Source of the DNA: Klebsormidium nitens
Taxonomy: Eukaryota > Plantae > Klebsormidiophyceae
Assembly (NCBI GenBank): GCA_000708835.1
Contig: DF237174.1
Location: forward strand, 1 to 64,000
DNA length: 64,000 nucleotides
Direction of reading: 5' to 3'
Below are positions 59,429-64,000 of the stretch, one piece after another; the first letter of the stretch is position 1; each line of letters begins with the position of its first letter. The notes beneath the pieces were generated by a model. That model saw only the letters and a list, made by a program, of their open reading frames with translations, had not been told where the DNA came from and did not search any database. The translations under genes and the position numbers were made by a program.

Positions 59429-60258
59429 TGTCATAGATCGACACTGGTGCTTCGCTCTTTGCACGCTGTAGGGTTGTGTACTTCACTGTACTTTATCGAC
59501 AATTCCTACAATCATAGAGCAGCCGGAGCTTCCCAAAGTTTTGGCAGGATGAGGAAATCTTGTACATTCCGATGAAGGGTGCCAAGGTCTACGAGAGCCT
59601 CGGGTATAAGGGCCAAGTATGAACCACGATTCACGAGCCGAATTAAACCACCATATATGATTGCGGCGAAAAAAGTAATGACGGTCGATCGTGTAAAATG
59701 GGCATTAATTCTGCATGAGCTGGAAATTTGCTCAGTGCATCGGTTGAAGACTCAGTTTAGGTACTAGCTAGACAGCTGGCGCCGCCCTTAAAGTGTGATG
59801 CTTAAGTGGCCGGGCAGGCTCAAGCACGCAATCATTGCGTGCGCGATTGAATCAGATTACCCATCTAGACTGTGTGTGGATATATTTCGATCATGCGTCC
59901 CGAATAACATATAACTCTTGTTCGAAGTCGACTTGGATATTTGATTTTACGGTATATATGCACGTACGGTGCAAAGGGACGCCCGACAAACATATAGCTG
60001 CTGGCAAACGGCATGCACATAAATACACCGACTAATTAAGATAACATCTGGTTCCTCCACAGCTTCCACAAATGACTCGATTGAAACGGACTCGGGACTG
60101 TTATATTTCGACTCTCGACATCGTTCATCTCCCAACTGCCGCCAAATATAATCAAGATCCGTGCAACATGACTCTGCAAATTGCCTTCCAAGACTCCTTG
60201 TTGAGGAAAGCGGGCTCACGAGCACTTGCTATGTAGTCCTCAACTTTAAAAGCTGCAT

Positions 60259-63200
60259 CTAGACATCCTCTCCATTCTCTTCTTCTTCCTCGTCGACCTC
60301 GCTACCCTCGTCCCTCCTCTTCCCAGCTAGACTCTCAACTCCGTCTTGGGCAGCATCCTCATTTGCGCTAACATCGACAGGACTGCTTGGCGAGCCAATC
60401 TGGTTTATGGGGTGGCCCGTGACAGGGCCGGCTGGAGGGGCTAGAGGCTTCCCGCGGCCTTTGGCGAACCCACTGGAACCGTCGGGGCCCTGTCGATCAT
60501 CGGAGCAAGTGTGAGCGACGAGGAAGGGGCGCGCTTACTTAGGGCGAACTAGTCCTGAACGCACTCAGCTGTATTTTATGCAGCCAAAGCGTGCAAAGCG
60601 AACAAGCTCCATCGAGTTGTGCGATCTGCACTTAGACCGCAAGAGGCGGAATCAAAGAGGCGGCGCTCAAGAGAGCTCCTTGGGTCTCCATCCTCCATCC
60701 TCCTTTCCTTGCGAGCTTTGTCCGTGCTTGACGGCTGGACACTGGCATTCGTAAGGCAATGGTGCAACTGAAGAGAGCTTGTTACAAAACTCGGTCGACG
60801 AGCCCAGAACGCTTTCTTCTCAAAGTTCGAGCACTTTCGGACGGCCCACCTTTGCAATGCGCACCGCCGAGCTGCCTTCAAACTTGATGTTCGACTTCGG
60901 GGGCGGGGTCACCTCCGAACCGTTACCAGCGACCGTTATCGGCGCCGTGCTCGGCTCCTCGGCCGCCTCCTTGGTCCGCCTCACGCGCTTGGCGGCGATC
61001 TCGCCCGTCTTCTCCATATGCACTACGTACATCGCCACGTGGTCTCCTTTTTCGAGCTTGACGTTTCCGCGGACTTCGGCGGTGTGGAAGAAGACGCGCT
61101 CGGTGAGGTCGGGGCCGTAGCGGATGAAGCCGTACGTGCCCTTCATGCCGTCGATGACCCCAGTTAACTGCGGGGTTACGAGGGGCCAACCGTCAATTGA
61201 GGTGCCGTCAGCAGGAAGAAGTGCCAAACGTTTCATTCATAAACCCCCAAAAGATGGCTTCGACATTCACAAACGGGTCCTCGCTGCCTAGTTCACGTCT
61301 CAGTAATAGCAGCCAATATTTCAGTATTTCACTGCGCAGAAAGTTCAACCCGCCGTACACCATCCTTCGTCCTGAGCAGTTTGAACGCTTTTGTAATTCG
61401 TTAATCCCTCGAAGCGGAGGTCAAAGCGACTAAATTACGTTTGCGATTGCGAACAACGTACTGAACGTAAGTAGATTCAACAGTCAGCAGCACACAAAAC
61501 GAAAGCTAGCGCAAGGATGACAGCAAGATACGACAACTGGATCCAACCGCCGGAACTTGTCGTGATGTGAGAGCGCCAGGGCCGGGCATACACTCTGCTG
61601 GTCATCCATGGCACGTCAAAAGTCCGACGACGCACCTCCTTCATGGCGATCTGCGTCGCATGCTGCTTCTTGTCCTTGCGCGATTCGGCGATGGAGAACT
61701 CGACTTGCTCCCCTTCCCGCGGCGTCAGCCGGTGATCCTGCAGGTCGTTGGTCGAGAACTCGAGGGAGCGCTTCTCGCCGTCAGCCGTGAACTCCACCAT
61801 GCCTGTCGCCGAAATGAAAGACAGTTCGTAAACACGGAAATTACCTTTTGATTTCCTGTCTTTTGTCCAGTACGAACTGTGCTTGACTTACCGAACGATA
61901 CAGAGGGCACCAGGATCTGCACTTTTTACTTTCGGAGACTTCATCTTGGCCGCCGAACATGTGATCCACGATGCCAACTCACAGAAGACGTGACATCTTT
62001 CGCGTCATCTTTCGGAGATTGCCGACAATCGTTCTTTTCGCTTTCTGATCCCTGCAATCAGCCTTCAACCGTGTCTCAAAACTCCTCGTCCCTGCGAATT
62101 GACTGGACGCATTATCCGTTGGATTGGTGCAGGGTCCCACGTTGCTCCTTAACTGAGCTTCGCTGACTTGAAGCTGCCTCTTGACTCACCTCTTGCTTTC
62201 GCTTCTTTCACTCGCCGTATGCAGACGCCGTTTAATCTTTCCGGCAGCACCTGAGCGGAAGCGAAGGGCGGAAGTCAGAGCTAGACACCAAAGCCTCCCG
62301 GTCGTGAAAAGGCTCTCGTTCAGAACTGGGATCTTGGCAAAAGCCGCGTGGACGATCGGCACCGCGCCGAACAGCTATCGGGTTTGATGACACTCTTCGT
62401 GGGAGTGCGTTGTATTTTTTTGAATTGATTCTCAATCGTGATTGTGGAGAGTTCAACTTCTCAAGAAGGGTCTCGGCTTCTGTACAGGTCCCATGAGTTT
62501 GGGGTCTCAGGAAAGACGGACGAGAGCGGATTTACGCGGGAACTCGTTCACGGAGAAAGCTGCCCAAATCTTGACTAGTAGTAGTGTCGTTCGATTGTGG
62601 AAGGAAGGGTGATAATGGGCGAGCCAATAACGAAACAAGGAATGATCGTCAGAAAAAATGACGAAACCGATTCTGAAGGTAGGTTTTGAAATGAACCTCG
62701 GGAAGAGTGATGATGTGGGCTCTACTAACAGAGACAGCGCAAGACTCGCCTTCCCGTCCCCACCTCAGTGCCGACTTCCATCCCCCGAACATTCTGCCTT
62801 TGCAGAATGACAAAGAAGAGCCCCAAGAGAGCCTGGTGCACTTCATTGCAGAAGTCTCTGTTAATGCTACAGTCGGTTTTCTTTGTAAAGTTCCATGTCA
62901 CATGTCGTTTCCTTCAAAAGATGGGTTTCGGCGCAGAGATACAGCCGCATAGGAGAGAGAGCTCACATCAAAGAGGACCGCAGACCCCTTCGCCGCCTTC
63001 TTCACGACGATGGCGTTTTCCTTCCCCGTCCGGTAATCGTGTACCACCCTGATGCGCAAAGGAAGAAGGCAATCAGGCGAGCCTTCTTTATTGTTCGTAT
63101 CAAGGAACTGGACACAATTTCTTGCTCTTCTTTGTTCACTTTCCATTTTCAATCTGGACATCGTGCAACACCTACATTGGGGGGAGGTCGACATAGATCC

Positions 63201-63380
63201 CCGCTTGGTAAAAGACTAACGAAAGCTTTCCGTTTGCCCTTTTGAAAACTTGGTCATTCCTGCAACTTAAACAGAAAGAGTGGAGAAAACCAGCAAGCGT
63301 CACAAAAAAGATGGCAGCTCACGTGTACTCAACGTCGTCTCCTATGTGCAGGCCGCTCGTGCTTTCGTCCTTTTGAACCT
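60259..63380 (-). CDS. CSDE1: Multi-cold-shock-domain RNA-binding protein, CSDE1/UNR-like; only the 3' part is defined and the 5' end probably lies further right or outside the window
   Basis: CSD exons LTGVIDGMKGTYGFIRYG..RVFFHTAEV..GDHV (60850-61167), EGEQVEFSI...KQHATQI (61636-61802), D.RTGKENAIVV (~62960-63050) and GDDVEYT (~63325-63380). The C-terminal SUZ-C-like junction reads RIAK|GPDGSSGF, and the last exon is 60259-60489. Confidence 0.82.
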
Positions 63381-63729
63381 GCAAACACCACAACGATTTT
63401 GAGACTCCTCAAACAGTAAGAATGTTGTTTGAAGTCTCAAGCTGGCTCGATTAGTTTTCTGGACAGGCGCGCGCCGAAAGCTGAGTTTACACTCTGTTGG
63501 AGCCTCTAGTTCGGAGCTCCAAGGAGAACCTCCAATGAGTAGGCAGCCGCTAGGACAGAACGCAACACGTCTGGCTTATCCCCAGAAGGAAAAGGAAAAT
63601 GATGACATGAGCTTTCCACAGAAAGCCTACGTTCCAGGAAAAACTCTTCTACCGTATTTCAACGAAGTCCTTATTTCTCCAACCGCGAGTCGAGTGGCTC
63701 AACGGTATGTTCTATTCCAACCACAAATT

Positions 63730-63771
63730 CATACTGTCATACTGTCATACTGTCATACTGTCATACTGTCA
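63730..63771. repeat. 8-bp tandem repeat (CATACTGT)x5
   Basis: Directly visible in the sequence. Confidence 0.98.
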
Positions 63772-64000
63772 GGACGACAGGTTTGCAACGCTGTAACGAT
63801 CCTCGACGGGTGACGCTCGAGCCTCGGGAATCCAAACTAGAAAAGGGTGCTGAGAACGCGTGCTGACATATCCAGGGAAGCTGTACATTGGTTCGTCGTA
63901 GACTCACGTTTCAGCTTTTTGGAAGAAGCAAGCCGTTCGGAGGGCCACATGTTGCGCAAATGCCATCGACAAAGCTTCTCAAACTAGAAACGGAATCCAG

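Overview
This is eukaryotic nuclear DNA of about 50% GC, gene-dense and intron-rich, with one assembly gap (N 11629-12441). The gene content and intron style suggest a streptophyte green alga such as Klebsormidium; this is inference only. I assembled 13 protein-coding loci by hand from exon translations and splice sites: a secreted dirigent/AOC-barrel-like protein (+), DnaJ ARG1/ARL (-), Ycf49-like (+), SARD4/ornithine cyclodeaminase-like (-), a LysM protein (+), MYORG-type GH31 (-), RRP36 (+), SEC20 (-), a plastid LCM-family methyltransferase (+), an intronless F-box/LRR (-), an SLC9B/NHA-type Na+/H+ antiporter (-), a ZIFL MFS transporter (+), and the 3' part of a CSDE1/UNR-like multi-cold-shock-domain gene (-). 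I found no rRNA, tRNA, CRISPR or transposase. The most notable non-gene features are four. First, splice junctions are repeatedly duplicated inside introns: decoy acceptors with exon heads in ARG1 and the methyltransferase, and an array of donor-like copies with ~39-bp period in ZIFL. Second, a 40-bp terminal-inverted-repeat element spans the gap and has related ends near the window start. Third, gene orientation alternates almost perfectly, broken only at the intronless F-box gene. Fourth, there are two GC-AG introns. I cannot claim a clearly new biological system; family assignments come from recalled motifs, not database searches.
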